Below are positions 11,365 to 22,125 of a stretch of DNA of 64,000 nt, piece by piece. The DNA is from Vulcanimicrobiota bacterium (lineage in GTDB: Bacteria > Vulcanimicrobiota > Vulcanimicrobiia > Vulcanimicrobiales > Vulcanimicrobiaceae): positions 320,001 to 384,000 of the forward strand of contig CAVRQT010000003.1 in the NCBI GenBank assembly GCA_963723515.1. Reading direction: 5' to 3'. Made by a program: the position numbers and the translations under genes. The notes under the pieces were generated by a model that was given only the letters and a program-made list of their open reading frames with translations, was not told the origin of the DNA and did no database searches. Within the stretch, counting starts at the first letter, position 1; each line of letters begins with the position of its first letter.

Positions 11365-13320
11365 CTAATCTTCCTTGGCCGCCTCGAGTTCGGCGCGCTC
11401 TTGCAATTCTTTAACGACGGCTGAATCGGCCAAGGTCGTCGTATCGCCGAGCATCCTGCCTTCGGCGATGTCGCGCAACAGCCGGCGCATGATTTTGCCG
11501 CTGCGCGTCTTGGGCAGTTCGTGCGTGAACGTCAAATATTTCGGTGTCGTGAATTTGCCGAGCCGCGTGCCGACGTGGGCTCGCAGTTCGTCAGCGAGTT
11601 CTTTGTTGCCGGCGGCGCCGCCACGCAAGCAAACGAACGCGCAGATCGCCTGTCCCGTCAGATCATCGAGCTTTCCAACGACTGCCGCTTCGGCGACTGT
11701 CGGATGTTCGACAAGCGAACTTTCGACTTCGGTCGTCGAGATGCGATGGCCGCTGATGTTCATGACGTCGTCGATACGCCCCATAAACCAATAATTGCCG
11801 TCCTGATCGCGGCGACAACCGTCGCCCGCGAGATACTTGTGCGGAAATCGCGACCAATAGGTTTGCTTGTACCGCTCGTCATCGCCCCAAATCCCGCGCA
11901 GCATCGAAGGCCACGGACGTGTTAAGACGAGATAGCCGCCGCCGCCCGGCGGAACGCTTTCCCCTTGATCGTTGACGACGTCCGCAAACGTGCCGGGAAG
12001 CGGCTTTGTCGCACTGCCGGGTAAGGTCGTCGTCGCTCCGGGCAGCGGACTAATCATGATGGAACCGGTTTCCGTTTGCCACCATGTGTCAACGACGGGA
12101 CAACGGCCGCCGCCGATGTGCTCGCGATACCACATCCAGGCTTCCGGATTGATCGGCTCACCGACGGAGCCGAGCAAACGCAGCGACGAAAGATCGTGCT
12201 TTGCCGGAAATTCGGCGCCCCATCGCATGAACGTGCGAATGGCGGTCGGCGCCGTATAGAGGATCGTAACCTTGTAGCGCTCGATGATCGACCAGAGCCG
12301 GTCGCGCTCCGGAAAATCCGGTGTTCCTTCGTAGATCACCGACGTCGCACCGTTGCAAAGCGGGCCGTAGACGATGTAGGAGTGCCCGGTCACCCAGCCG
12401 ATGTCCGCGGCACACCAATAGACATCCTCATCTTTCAGATCGAAGACGAGCCTGTGCGTCATGGCGACTTCCGTCAAATAGCCGCCGGTCGTGTGCTTGA
12501 TGCCCTTCGGTTTGGCCGTCGTGCCACTCGTATATAAGAGGTAGAGCAAGTCTTCGGCATTCATCGTCTCGGGCGAACACTCGGCCGGCTGATCCTTGAT
12601 GACATCGTCCCACCACAGGTCGCGGCCTGAACGCATCTCGATGCGATCGCCGACGCGCTTCGCGACGATGCAGTACTTGATGGAGGGCGTGCTCTGCATC
12701 GCGATATCGCAGTTGTCCTTGAGCGCAATCTTGTTGCCGCGTCGCCATCCTTGATCGGCCGTAATGAGGGCAACGCACTGCGAATCGTTCACCCGATCGA
12801 CGATCGAGTCGGGCGAAAAACCACCGAAGATCACCGAGTGCGGCGCGCCGATGCGCGCGCAAGCCAGCATTGCGACCGGCAATTCGGGGATCATCGGCAT
12901 GTAAATCGCGATACGGTCGCCTTTTCGAATCCCGAGTTTGCGCAATCCGTTCGCAAAGCGGCACACGTCTTCAAGCAGGTGACGGTAGGTGATCGTACGC
13001 CGGTCGCCGGGTTCGCCTTCGTAGTAGTAAGCGATGCGTTCGCCTTTGCCGGCGGCGACGTGCCTGTCCAGGCAGTTGGTCGATGCGTTCAGTTGGCCGT
13101 CCGCGAACCACTTCGCGAAGGGCTCATCCCATTCAAGAACTTTCGTGAACGGTTTGATCCACTCGAGCTTGCGCGCCCAAGCCGCCCAGAAGGCTTCGAT
13201 GTCCTGCTCCGCCTTTTCATAAATGTCGGGCTGCGCATTCGCGTGCGCGGCAAATTCGGTCGGCGGCGGAAAACGGCGCTGCTCGTCTGAGAGCGCCTCG
13301 ATCGCATCGAGCGTCTTCAT
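11365..13320 (-). CDS. acs: Acetyl-CoA synthetase
   Basis: YTSGTTAKPKG, DTWWQTETG, LPKTRSGKIMRR. Confidence 0.97.
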   Translation of the reverse strand: MKTLDAIEALSDEQRRFPPPTEFAAHANAQPDIYEKAEQDIEAFWAAWARKLEWIKPFTKVLEWDEPFAKWFADGQLNASTNCLDRHVAAGKGERIAYYYEGEPGDRRTITYRHLLEDVCRFANGLRKLGIRKGDRIAIYMPMIPELPVAMLACARIGAPHSVIFGGFSPDSIVDRVNDSQCVALITADQGWRRGNKIALKDNCDIAMQSTPSIKYCIVAKRVGDRIEMRSGRDLWWDDVIKDQPAECSPETMNAEDLLYLLYTSGTTAKPKGIKHTTGGYLTEVAMTHRLVFDLKDEDVYWCAADIGWVTGHSYIVYGPLCNGATSVIYEGTPDFPERDRLWSIIERYKVTILYTAPTAIRTFMRWGAEFPAKHDLSSLRLLGSVGEPINPEAWMWYREHIGGGRCPVVDTWWQTETGSIMISPLPGATTTLPGSATKPLPGTFADVVNDQGESVPPGGGGYLVLTRPWPSMLRGIWGDDERYKQTYWSRFPHKYLAGDGCRRDQDGNYWFMGRIDDVMNISGHRISTTEVESSLVEHPTVAEAAVVGKLDDLTGQAICAFVCLRGGAAGNKELADELRAHVGTRLGKFTTPKYLTFTHELPKTRSGKIMRRLLRDIAEGRMLGDTTTLADSAVVKELQERAELEAAKED

Positions 13321-13374
13321 GACAAGCCGTTTTACCGGAGAATGCGCCAGCGTGCCTGCCGCAGAAAAATCCTA

Positions 13375-13893
13375 ATGATGCCGCCCCGTCCGCTCGCGAC
13401 CCTACTCCTCGTTTTGCTTGTAATTTCGCCCGCGCAAGCGCGTCGCCACGAACCATCAACGGGCCTTGTGGCGATTCGCTTCAATCAGCCGCCGCCTGAT
13501 TTTACGTTCAGCGATGCAAGCGGCGAGCCGCAACGGCTGTCATCCCTGCGCGGCAAGCCGGTGGTCATTAATTTTTGGACCTCGTGGTGTCACGCGTGCA
13601 TCGACGAGATGCCGGCGTTTCAACAACTGCAGAAGACGTACGGCGAACGCGTCGCCTTCATTACTCTCTCCAACGAACCCGCCGGCACGGCCAGCACCTA
13701 TCTCGCCAAGCACAACCTCCGGCTGCCCTTATTGGAAGATCCGGCTCGCTCGATCTTCAGCGCCTACTCGATAACCGTCTATCCGGTCACGATCGTCCTG
13801 GACGCCCTGGGACGAGTCTCCTACGTTTCCGTAGGGGAGCTCGATTGGGCTGAGCTCCGAGCAGCCGTCGACCGCGCCTTCGTCGCCGCTTAG
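13375..13893 (+). CDS. TlpA/ResA-like thioredoxin
   Basis: Signal peptide; INFWTSWCHACIDEMP. Confidence 0.88.
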   Translation: MMPPRPLATLLLVLLVISPAQARRHEPSTGLVAIRFNQPPPDFTFSDASGEPQRLSSLRGKPVVINFWTSWCHACIDEMPAFQQLQKTYGERVAFITLSNEPAGTASTYLAKHNLRLPLLEDPARSIFSAYSITVYPVTIVLDALGRVSYVSVGELDWAELRAAVDRAFVAA

Positions 13894-13916
13894 CGCCTGC
13901 TTCGAACGTTCATTAT

Positions 13917-13943
13917 TTGGCAGTCTAAGGTGCTGACTGCTAA
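13917..13943. promoter_or_regulatory. CIRCE operator
   Basis: TTGGCAGTC-N9-GACTGCTAA directly upstream of hrcA (consensus TTAGCACTC-N9-GAGTGCTAA). Confidence 0.88.
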
Positions 13944-13952
13944 GATGGACTC

Positions 13953-15002
13953 ATGAAAGAAGGCTCCGGCGAGCTCGATCCGCGCAAGGCCTACATCCTG
14001 GCGACGGTTGTCTACGAATACATCATGACGGCCGAGCCAGTTGGCTCGAACGCGCTGCTGCACAAATACCACCTCGGCGTCAGCTCGGCGACGATTCGCA
14101 ACGAGATGGCGGAATTGGAAGCAGCCGGTTACCTCGTTCAACCGCATACCTCGGCTGGTCGCATCCCATCGGATGCCGGTTACCGCACATACGTCGATCA
14201 GCTGATGGAGCCCGAGCAGCTCACGCCCGCGGAACGCCGACGGATTCGCGATGAGCTGCACCATGCCAGCCACGAGCTCAGCGAGATGATTGCCGGCACA
14301 TCGCGTTTGCTGAGCCGGTTTTCAAGAAATTTCGCCTTTATCGTTGCGCCGGCCGCGGAAGCGCAAGCGTTTCGGCACATTCAATTGATCTGGCTGACGC
14401 CGCTTTCCGGTGTCGCAATCGTCATGAGCTCGATGGGGACGGCCTCCCAGAGCACTTTCGAATTGAACCATGACGTGTCGGCAGACGATCTCACGCGCCT
14501 TTCAAATGCGTTGAACGCACGCTTGAGCGGAAAGCTGATGCGCGAAATCAAGGACAACGAGATCGGCGCAGTCATTGACGAACTCGGCCTGAGCAGCGAT
14601 ATTCGCGCCGCAATTGTCGGCGCATTGCGCGCCGCGCGCTCACAAGAAGCGCCGGCCATCAGCGCCGCGGGTGCGCAGAATCTTTTGGATCAGCCGGAGT
14701 TTCACGACTTGCAGAAGTTGCGCTCCGTCTTGCGCATCGTCGAGGAACAGAAGTCGCTGTACGATCTCGTCGCGGATTCGTTCAATCGCGAAGAGCCGAC
14801 CGTCAAGATCGGGCATGAGCTTGCGTCGGAAGACGTTGCTGAGTGCAGCATCGTGACGGTGCCCTACCATTTTGGCCGGCACGCCGTCGGGTTGCTTGCG
14901 ATTTTGGGCCCACGCCGCATGCCATACGGACGCCTGATGGCTCTTGCGTCGGGAACCGCGGCGACGCTCAGCCAGCAGCTTTCGGATGTTGAAATAAACT
15001 AA
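13953..15002 (+). CDS. hrcA: Heat-inducible repressor HrcA
   Basis: EPVGS, SSATIRNEMAELE, PHTSAGRIPSDAGYR, LGPRRMPY. Confidence 0.97.
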   Translation: MKEGSGELDPRKAYILATVVYEYIMTAEPVGSNALLHKYHLGVSSATIRNEMAELEAAGYLVQPHTSAGRIPSDAGYRTYVDQLMEPEQLTPAERRRIRDELHHASHELSEMIAGTSRLLSRFSRNFAFIVAPAAEAQAFRHIQLIWLTPLSGVAIVMSSMGTASQSTFELNHDVSADDLTRLSNALNARLSGKLMREIKDNEIGAVIDELGLSSDIRAAIVGALRAARSQEAPAISAAGAQNLLDQPEFHDLQKLRSVLRIVEEQKSLYDLVADSFNREEPTVKIGHELASEDVAECSIVTVPYHFGRHAVGLLAILGPRRMPYGRLMALASGTAATLSQQLSDVEIN

Positions 15003-15005
15003 GCC

Positions 15006-16124
15006 GTGGCCACAGCGGATTTTTATGGCGTTCTCGGCGTCGATCGAAACGCCAGCGAAGAGGACATTAAGAAAGCGTACCGCGCGCTAGCGCGCAAGCA
15101 CCATCCGGACGTGCGCGACGATAAGAGCGCCGCCGAACAGCGTTTCAAGGAAATCAATGAAGCGTATGCCGTGCTTTCGGACCGCCGAAAGCGCGAGCAA
15201 TACGATCGTTTCGGCACCGTTCCGAGCGGCAACGGCGGTTTTGCGGATGCCGGCGGCTTCGCCGGCGGGTTTGGTGACATCTTCGATATGTTTTTCAACG
15301 AGCCGCGCGCGTCAACGATGCACAGCCGAAGCGGACCCGCACGCGGATCAGATCTGCGCTACGATCTGGAAGTTTCGCTCGAAGAAGCGTTTGGCGGGAC
15401 GACGCGCGACATCACGTTCGAACATCTGGCGCCGTGCAGCACATGTAAAGGAAGCGGCGCTGAGCCCGGTACTTTGATCGTGCGATGCGAGCATTGCAAC
15501 GGAACGGGTTCCGTGCGCCACGTTCGCCAAACCCCGTTCGGACATTTCGCGACGCAATCGACCTGTCAAACGTGCATGGGCGCAGGGGACAGGCCGCAAA
15601 CGCCATGCCATGCCTGTCACGGTCAAGGGCGCAAGGAAACGGCGCGCACGCTGAGCGTGCGCATTCCGGCGGGTGTCGACAACGGCAGCCGGATCCGCAT
15701 TGCCGGCAGCGGCGAGGCCGGCGAACGCGGCGGCTCGCAAGGTGATCTCTACGTCTATCTCAACATCCGGCCGCATCCGCAATTCCGCCGCGACGGTGCT
15801 GATACGTTTACGGACGTCGTCGCGTCGTTTCCGCAAGCCGCATTGGGCGCAGACATTCGCGTGCCGTCATTGGGCGGCGAGCTGCCGCTCACGTTGACCC
15901 CCGGGACGCAAAGCGGGACGAGTTATCGCCTGCGCGGCCACGGCATGCCGCATGTCCGCGGTTCTCATCGCGGCGACCACATCGTCACCGTGTACGTGGC
16001 GGTGCCGACCAAATTGACGCGACGCCAGCGCGAATTGCTCGAAGAATATGCGCGCGCCGGCGGCGATCACGTCGAGGAAAAATCGTTTTTCGATCGCGTC
16101 AAAGAGGCGTTTAGACCCGATTAA
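15006..16124 (+). CDS. dnaJ: Chaperone DnaJ
   Basis: J domain with HPD, G/F region, four CxxCxGxG motifs. Confidence 0.97.
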   Translation: MATADFYGVLGVDRNASEEDIKKAYRALARKHHPDVRDDKSAAEQRFKEINEAYAVLSDRRKREQYDRFGTVPSGNGGFADAGGFAGGFGDIFDMFFNEPRASTMHSRSGPARGSDLRYDLEVSLEEAFGGTTRDITFEHLAPCSTCKGSGAEPGTLIVRCEHCNGTGSVRHVRQTPFGHFATQSTCQTCMGAGDRPQTPCHACHGQGRKETARTLSVRIPAGVDNGSRIRIAGSGEAGERGGSQGDLYVYLNIRPHPQFRRDGADTFTDVVASFPQAALGADIRVPSLGGELPLTLTPGTQSGTSYRLRGHGMPHVRGSHRGDHIVTVYVAVPTKLTRRQRELLEEYARAGGDHVEEKSFFDRVKEAFRPD

Positions 16125-16846
16125 CGACCGCGTCTTCGTCGCGGGAACGCATGCGGTAGGAGCCCGCGTGAAAATTGAAGGCGGCGATGCACGAAAGCTC
16201 GTTACGGTGCTGCGCTGCCGTACCGGCGATCGCATTGAAGTGATCGATTCGGCCGCACGGCGGTTCGATGCAACGCTTGAGATCTCGCAACGCTCGGTCT
16301 TTGCGATGCTCTCAGAAGAAATCGCAGAAGGTGGAGAACCTTCGAGATGTTGCGGTCAGCGTCGCGCAAGCCGTTCCAAAAGGGCAGAAGATGGATTTCA
16401 TCGTCGAGAAGCTCACCGAGCTCGGCGTTCAGGAGCTCGTGCCCTTCTATTGCGAACGCACTATCGCACAACGTAGCTCGAGCGCACGTGAAGAACGCTG
16501 GCGGCGCCTTGCAGCCGCAGCTGCACGGCAATCGGGACGTTCAATGATTCCGCCCGTCGCGTCGCCCGAAAACTTCGACGGCACGCTCGCCCGATTTGCA
16601 AACTACGATCGCGTACTCTTCTTGTGGGAACTTGCGGAACGGCGTCCCTTACGCGACGTGCTGCCCGGACTGCTGAACGGCGCACGTTCAATACTCGTTG
16701 TCGTCGGTCCGGAGGGTGGCTTTTCGTTAGAGGAAGCCGCAATCGCGCACGAACGGGGAGCGCATTTGGTTTCGATCGGCACGCGGATCGTGCGTACCGA
16801 AACAGCGGCGCTCGTGATGCTGTCGGTTCTCAACTATCTCGCGTAA
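16120..16846 (+). CDS. rsmE: 16S rRNA m3U1498 methyltransferase (frameshift near 16325; start uncertain)
   Basis: [12 protein letters not shown] in one frame; [29 protein letters not shown] in the next. Confidence 0.9.
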
Positions 16847-16887
16847 CCCGGAAGCCCAAGCGCTCGCGTCGTATAGCATGCGTTAAC

Positions 16888-17166
16888 GTGAAGAAACGGC
16901 TGGAAGAGCTTGAACCGGGAACTGCTGTCTTCATCGATGACGTAAAGGTCGGCGAAGTGCGCGCCGTCTATGCCGGCGGCGAAGGCAATTTGCCGGAGTA
17001 TCTGAACCTGTATTGCAATTCGCGGGGCGCGGAGCTTCTGGTTCCGGCAAACGAAGTGTTGGATTTGGAAGATCGTGGCGTCATCTTGTCCGGCCCGATG
17101 CAGTCATATCGCGACCTGATGGCCTTCGATGTTTCGTCACGTCCGGGCTTGAGGCGCATCCGCTAG
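16888..17166 (+). CDS. Hypothetical protein, PRC-barrel-like
   Basis: KVGEVRAVY...ELLVPANEV pattern; fills the operon gap. Confidence 0.55.
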   Translation: MKKRLEELEPGTAVFIDDVKVGEVRAVYAGGEGNLPEYLNLYCNSRGAELLVPANEVLDLEDRGVILSGPMQSYRDLMAFDVSSRPGLRRIR

Positions 17167-17885
17167 TGGCGCTCAAATTTTCACTCGTCGTTCCAACGTA
17201 TAACGAAGCCGGGGGCATCGAAAGGCTGATCCGCGCGCTCGATGAGGTCTTTCGCCAAAATTCGCTCGACGGAGAGATCATCATCGTGGATGACAACTCT
17301 CCGGACGGTACCGGACAGATCGTCGACCGCCTCGCGGCGAGCTTTCCTGTCCGTTGCCTGCACCGGCCTGGAAAATTGGGACTCTCGAGCGGCGTGATCG
17401 ACGGCTGGAATTTTGCGCGCGCCGATTCCGTTGCGCTCGGCGCGATGGATGGGGATTTCAGTCACGACATCAACGTCTTGCCGGCAATGGTTGGGGCCCT
17501 GGAATCGGGCAAATACGGTTTGGCCATCGGAAGCCGCTACGTGCGCGGCGGAGGAATCACGAACTGGCCGTTGCGACGCAAGATTACGTCGCTGGTTGCG
17601 ATCGCCTTAGCCAAGCCGCTGACGCGCGTCCGCGATATCACGAGCGGCTACCTTCTCGTGCTGCGCTCGGCGATTGAAGGCGTCAAGCTCGATCCGATCG
17701 GCTTCAAGATCGGTTTAGAAGTTATCGCGAAGGGCCATTATGGACGCGCGATCGAGATCCCGTATGTCTTTACGGATCGCGTCGCCGGTGAATCAAAGTT
17801 GAACCAAAAAGAGATCGTCAACTATTTGCGGCAACTGCGTCGCATCTATTCGGCGCGGCTGTTGCCGAAAACGGACGGCTCATAA
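17166..17885 (+). CDS. GT2 polyprenol-phosphate mannose synthase-like glycosyltransferase
   Basis: VVPTYNE, VDDNSPDGT, MDGDFSH, GSRYVRGG. Confidence 0.92.
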   Translation: MALKFSLVVPTYNEAGGIERLIRALDEVFRQNSLDGEIIIVDDNSPDGTGQIVDRLAASFPVRCLHRPGKLGLSSGVIDGWNFARADSVALGAMDGDFSHDINVLPAMVGALESGKYGLAIGSRYVRGGGITNWPLRRKITSLVAIALAKPLTRVRDITSGYLLVLRSAIEGVKLDPIGFKIGLEVIAKGHYGRAIEIPYVFTDRVAGESKLNQKEIVNYLRQLRRIYSARLLPKTDGS

Positions 17886-17886
17886 G

Positions 17887-18768
17887 ATGCCGATGCCTGA
17901 GTGGCTGCGGCGCAGGCGTAGCGCGCCGGAATCATCGGAAGAAGGCGCCCTGTGGACAAAGTGTCCGAAGTGCAGTGAGGTCCTCTACCGGCGCGACCTG
18001 GCAGGAAGTCTTTTCGTCTGCCCGCGCTGCCATTACCATTTTCGCTTAAACGCCTTCGACAGGATCTCGATGCTGATCGACGGCGATTTCGTCGAGATCG
18101 GAAATGAGTTGCTACCTCGTGACCCCTTGGGGTGGGTCGACAAGAAGAGCTACCCGCAAAAGTTGAACGCGGATCGCGAGAAGTCGCAATTGAGCGAAGG
18201 CATTGTTTGTGGTTTCGGGACGCTCGCCGGCTTTCCGATCGCGCTTGGCGTTATGGATTTCAATTTCCGCGGTGGAACGATGGGAACGGTTGTCGGTGAA
18301 CGCGTCACCGTACTCTTGGAGGCGGCGCGCGAGCGCAGCTTGCCATGCATCATTTTTTCGGCAAGCGGCGGCGCGCGAATGGAAGAGGGCATGCTGGCGC
18401 TGATGCAGATGGCGAAGACGACGGCCGCGGTCGCGAGACTTATGTCCGGCGGCAATTACTTTATCTCCGTTTTGACCGATCCAACGACCGGCGGCGTCGC
18501 CGCGTCGTTCGCGTTTCAAGCAGATGTGATTGTGGCGGAAGCTCGGGCGATGATCGGCTTTGCGGGGCGGCGTGTGATCGAACAAACGATCCGCCAGAAA
18601 CTCCCGGAGAATTTTCAAACCGCTGAATTCTTATTGGAAAAAGGCCACATCGACATGGTCGTCGAGCGCGCGCAGATGAAGCCGACGCTCACGAGGCTGC
18701 TCGACTATGGTCTCGGCGGCCGCAAGGAGCCCGTCGAAGCGAAGATTCCGGAGCTCGTCGTTCCATGA
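17887..18768 (+). CDS. accD: Acetyl-CoA carboxylase carboxyltransferase beta
   Basis: WTKCPKC...CPRC zinc finger, SGGARMEEG, DPTTGGV. Confidence 0.97.
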   Translation: MPMPEWLRRRRSAPESSEEGALWTKCPKCSEVLYRRDLAGSLFVCPRCHYHFRLNAFDRISMLIDGDFVEIGNELLPRDPLGWVDKKSYPQKLNADREKSQLSEGIVCGFGTLAGFPIALGVMDFNFRGGTMGTVVGERVTVLLEAARERSLPCIIFSASGGARMEEGMLALMQMAKTTAAVARLMSGGNYFISVLTDPTTGGVAASFAFQADVIVAEARAMIGFAGRRVIEQTIRQKLPENFQTAEFLLEKGHIDMVVERAQMKPTLTRLLDYGLGGRKEPVEAKIPELVVP

Positions 18769-19742
18769 ACGTGATCGTCGAGCGCGAGAAAGGTTTGCTG
18801 GAGCTCGAGAAGCGGATCAACGCTCTGCGCGCCGTGAACGCCGATCAGCCACTCGATCTCTCAGCCGAAATTGCCGCTTTAGAAGAAAAATACGCGCAAC
18901 TTCAACGCGAGGTCTTCGGCTCGATGTCGCCATGGGAGAAGGTCAATATGTCACGGCATCCCAATCGCCCGGTTTCCAGCGATTTTATTTCCGAGCTCGA
19001 TGCGTTCGATGAGCTGCACGGCGATCGGCATTTCCGTGACGATCCGGCGATCATCGGTGGATTCGCGAAACTGGACGGTCGGCGCATCATCGTTATCGGG
19101 CAGCAACGCGGACGCGACACCAAAGAGAATCTGCGGCGGAACTTCGGCATGGTAACGCCGGAGGGTTACCGGAAGGTGAAGCGTTTGATCGATCTTGGCG
19201 CGCGACTGAGCCTGCCGGTCATTTCATTTGTCGATACGAAAGGTGCCGATCCCGGCATCGGATCGGAAGAGCGTTCACAATCCGAAGCGATCGCGCAATG
19301 CTTGTATTCCTTGACGATCGCACGCGTTCCGACGGTCGCTGCAATCATCGGAGAAGGCGGCAGTGGAGGCGCGCTCGCGCTGGCGCTTGCGGACCACGTG
19401 ATCATGTTGGAGAATAGTGTTTACTCGGTTGCTTCACCTGAAGGTTGCGCTGCGATTTTATGGGGCGATGCGGGGAAGGCGGAGGAAGCGGCGGAGCGCT
19501 TGAAGTTGACGAGTGAAGATTTGCGTGATTTCGGAATTATCGACGAAATTGTCCCCGAACCGTTGGGAGGCGCGCATCGCGAGCCGGCTGTCGTCATCGC
19601 CGCGACATTGAAAGCGATCAGGAGCGCGCTTGCAAGATTGTGCGCAAAATCGGTCGATCAGCTGATCGAAGACCGTTACCAAAAGTATCGTCGGATAGGC
19701 CGCTGGGAAACCGAGGCGCTCGAGATGGTGGCGGCGACATGA
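18765..19742 (+). CDS. accA: Acetyl-CoA carboxylase carboxyltransferase alpha
   Basis: RHPNRP, ELHGDR, NFGM..PEGYRK, GEGGSGGA. Confidence 0.97.
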   Translation: MNVIVEREKGLLELEKRINALRAVNADQPLDLSAEIAALEEKYAQLQREVFGSMSPWEKVNMSRHPNRPVSSDFISELDAFDELHGDRHFRDDPAIIGGFAKLDGRRIIVIGQQRGRDTKENLRRNFGMVTPEGYRKVKRLIDLGARLSLPVISFVDTKGADPGIGSEERSQSEAIAQCLYSLTIARVPTVAAIIGEGGSGGALALALADHVIMLENSVYSVASPEGCAAILWGDAGKAEEAAERLKLTSEDLRDFGIIDEIVPEPLGGAHREPAVVIAATLKAIRSALARLCAKSVDQLIEDRYQKYRRIGRWETEALEMVAAT

Positions 19743-20059
19743 CTAGCGCGGCTCGCAGCCGGGCGCGATTGAAACTCTTCACCCGCATCGGCACGATACT
19801 GATCTGCGTTACGGTATTTGCGCTCGTGATCGTTCAGTACGCGCATGTTATCGGACGGAACATCGGTATGGTCCGATCGCTTCACAGCGTTCAGAACGAC
19901 GTCAAAGTGTTGCAAGGGCGAAAGCGCTGGCAGAAACGTGAGATCATGCGCTTGAGCGATCCGGCCGGCTCGATTCCGGAAATTCACGAACGCCTGCATC
20001 TCGTGCGTCCGAACGAAACCATCATCTACTTGCGGAGCGCCAAGACGACTTCGCCGTGA
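19739..20059 (+). CDS. FtsB/DivIC-like septum formation initiator
   Basis: TM helix, coiled coil, ERLHLVRPNETII. Confidence 0.75.
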   Translation: MTSAARSRARLKLFTRIGTILICVTVFALVIVQYAHVIGRNIGMVRSLHSVQNDVKVLQGRKRWQKREIMRLSDPAGSIPEIHERLHLVRPNETIIYLRSAKTTSP

Positions 20060-20454
20060 CGCAGCGCGTTCGCGGCACGGTCATCAACGTTCATAGCTTC
20101 GGAGCAACGGTCCGTTTGGAAAGCGGCGAAGTGGCTTGCGTGCCGATTGCCGACGTCAACGAGAACCGCGCCGCTTACACGAGAGCGCTGACGGCGCGAA
20201 CGAACTTGCCGTTTGATGCGCTCGCGGAGCCGCCCCGAGCGGTATTGCGGCTCGCGAAGACACGGATCGACGAGCCGATCGGCCCATCGGCAACGACACC
20301 GGTCTTACACGACGAGCGTTTTGAAGAACAGATCGCCGGCTTTCTGAAAGAGACGCAGGAGTGGGAACTCGAGGATGCTCCGCCGGCGCACGAACGACAC
20401 TTCTTAAGGAAGAAGCGCCGAGCCGCAACCTTTGAAAGCCGGCATAGCGCATGA
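20056..20454 (+). CDS. S1-like OB-fold hypothetical protein
   Basis: VRGTVINVHSFGATVRL and FEEQIAGFLKE; divIC-S1-ppx gene order. Confidence 0.65.
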   Translation: MTQRVRGTVINVHSFGATVRLESGEVACVPIADVNENRAAYTRALTARTNLPFDALAEPPRAVLRLAKTRIDEPIGPSATTPVLHDERFEEQIAGFLKETQEWELEDAPPAHERHFLRKKRRAATFESRHSA

Positions 20455-21410
20455 ACGATCGCAGTGCAGTGATCTCGATCGGCACGAATTCGACGCGGCT
20501 GCTCGTCGTTGATTTTGCGGCCAAGCGCTTCGGCGTTTTCGGCGATCCGGTAACGCGCGTTCTCAAGCAACGGTCCATCGGCACGCGGATTGGAGAGGGA
20601 CTCAAAGAGTCGGGCCATTTGAGCGAAGAGGCGATGAATCGCACGCTTGAGACCGTCCGGGGCTATTGCGACGCGCTCGACAGCCAGACGCCGGCAGTGC
20701 ATGTAATTGCGACAAGCGCGCTGCGCCGTGCCGACAATGCAAACGACTTCGTCCAACGGGTCCGCGAAATCACCCATACGGACGTTAATATCTTGGATGG
20801 AGACGAAGAGGCGAGGGCTTCATTCCGCGGCGCGGTCACGTCGTTTGACGATACGGAACAGCTGCGTGCCGGCGTCATTGACGTCGGGGGCGGCAGCACG
20901 GAATATGCCGTCGGCGATCACGAACATGCCGCGCATAGCGTCTCGTGTGAAGTCGGCGCCGTCCGATTGACGGAGTGGTTTCCGACCCTCGGCGGAAGCG
21001 GCGGCTTCGTTGATAATGCGTCGATCGACGCCGCGCGCGAGAAGGCGCGTGGATTATTGAATCCGATTTTAACTTTGCCGAAAGTTGAAGCGCTCGCGAT
21101 TGTCGGGGGCAGTGCGACGACGGCGCTCGCGGTCGTGCGTGGCCATCCGGTACGCTTTGGAGATACCGAATTGACACGCGACAAATTGCAGAACGCGTTC
21201 AATATGCTCTGCGAGCTGCCGCTCGCAAAGCGCCGCACCGTTCCGGGGATGAATCCGCAGCGCGCCGACATCTTGCCCGCCGGCATTCTTATCTTGGATA
21301 TGGCGATCGGCATGCTTGGGCATGAGCGCGCCACTGTCAGCTACAGCGATTTGCTCCTGGGCTACCTGTTGCTGCAGCGAGAGAAAACGGAGACGGCTCT
21401 CTCGGCGTAG
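20451..21410 (+). CDS. ppx: Ppx/GppA exopolyphosphatase
   Basis: IGTNSTRL, ATSALR, GDEEA, DVGGGSTE, RADILPAG. Confidence 0.9.
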   Translation: MNDRSAVISIGTNSTRLLVVDFAAKRFGVFGDPVTRVLKQRSIGTRIGEGLKESGHLSEEAMNRTLETVRGYCDALDSQTPAVHVIATSALRRADNANDFVQRVREITHTDVNILDGDEEARASFRGAVTSFDDTEQLRAGVIDVGGGSTEYAVGDHEHAAHSVSCEVGAVRLTEWFPTLGGSGGFVDNASIDAAREKARGLLNPILTLPKVEALAIVGGSATTALAVVRGHPVRFGDTELTRDKLQNAFNMLCELPLAKRRTVPGMNPQRADILPAGILILDMAIGMLGHERATVSYSDLLLGYLLLQREKTETALSA

Positions 21411-21413
21411 TTT

Positions 21414-21670
21414 GTGTCACGCTGCGCGTAGCCTGCCCTGAGCAGCGTCGAAGCGTCGAAGCATCGAAGCACAGCGATAATCGAGCTATTCAGTGTGCTC
21501 GTGTGTCACGCCAAGTTTGTTCGGTTCGCGATTCCTGTCACGCTGAGCTTGTCGAAGCGCCGCGATAATCGTAATTAGCGTCATTATTTCCGAGCATCTC
21601 AATCAGCACGATCACGGTGCTCGACAAGCTAGTCGACAGACAGCTCAGCGTGAGATTCGATAGCTCAGTA
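21414..21670. repeat. REP-like cluster (degenerate)
   Basis: ctgtcacgctgagcttgtcgaagcg at ~21535 plus degenerate direct and inverted copies. Confidence 0.8.
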
Positions 21671-21679
21671 CAGCGAGCG

Positions 21680-22124
21680 CTAGCGTTTGTGTTTTTGTTC
21701 TGCTTCCTTAATCAAACGCAACGGGCGGTCAAGTTGAAAGACGAGCTCGTTCGCTAACTTCAAGTCGTCTGGATTGGAGCGATTTTCGCGCACGAGCGCT
21801 TTGGCGCGCTCCGCGGCCGCATCCGCCGTCGCCTTACCTCGGGCGATGTTGCCCGACTTCGGCGTCCGCGGCGCCGATGTAGGCATGGATTCCCGTGCTA
21901 AAGAGCACGAGCTTGAAGCGCAGCTCCTTATCCGTTTCAGCCGCAATGCAGCCCTCAAGTCGCTGGTCAAGTTGGGTAAGCCGTCCGAAGGAGTCCGAAG
22001 CATGCGCCGGCATCGCATCGCGCGCGCTCTTGAACTCGTTGATAAACGATTCGAGCTTGGAGCGGCTACAGCGCACTTCTGTCCCCGCTGCCGCTACTGC
22101 AAGAACGCCCGCCAAAAACAGCAT
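21680..22124 (-). CDS. Hypothetical secreted helical protein, split by a frameshift
   Basis: Signal-like MLFLAGVLAVAAA in ORF 21834-22124, plausible continuation in ORF 21680-22018. Confidence 0.45.
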
Positions 22125-22125
22125 C

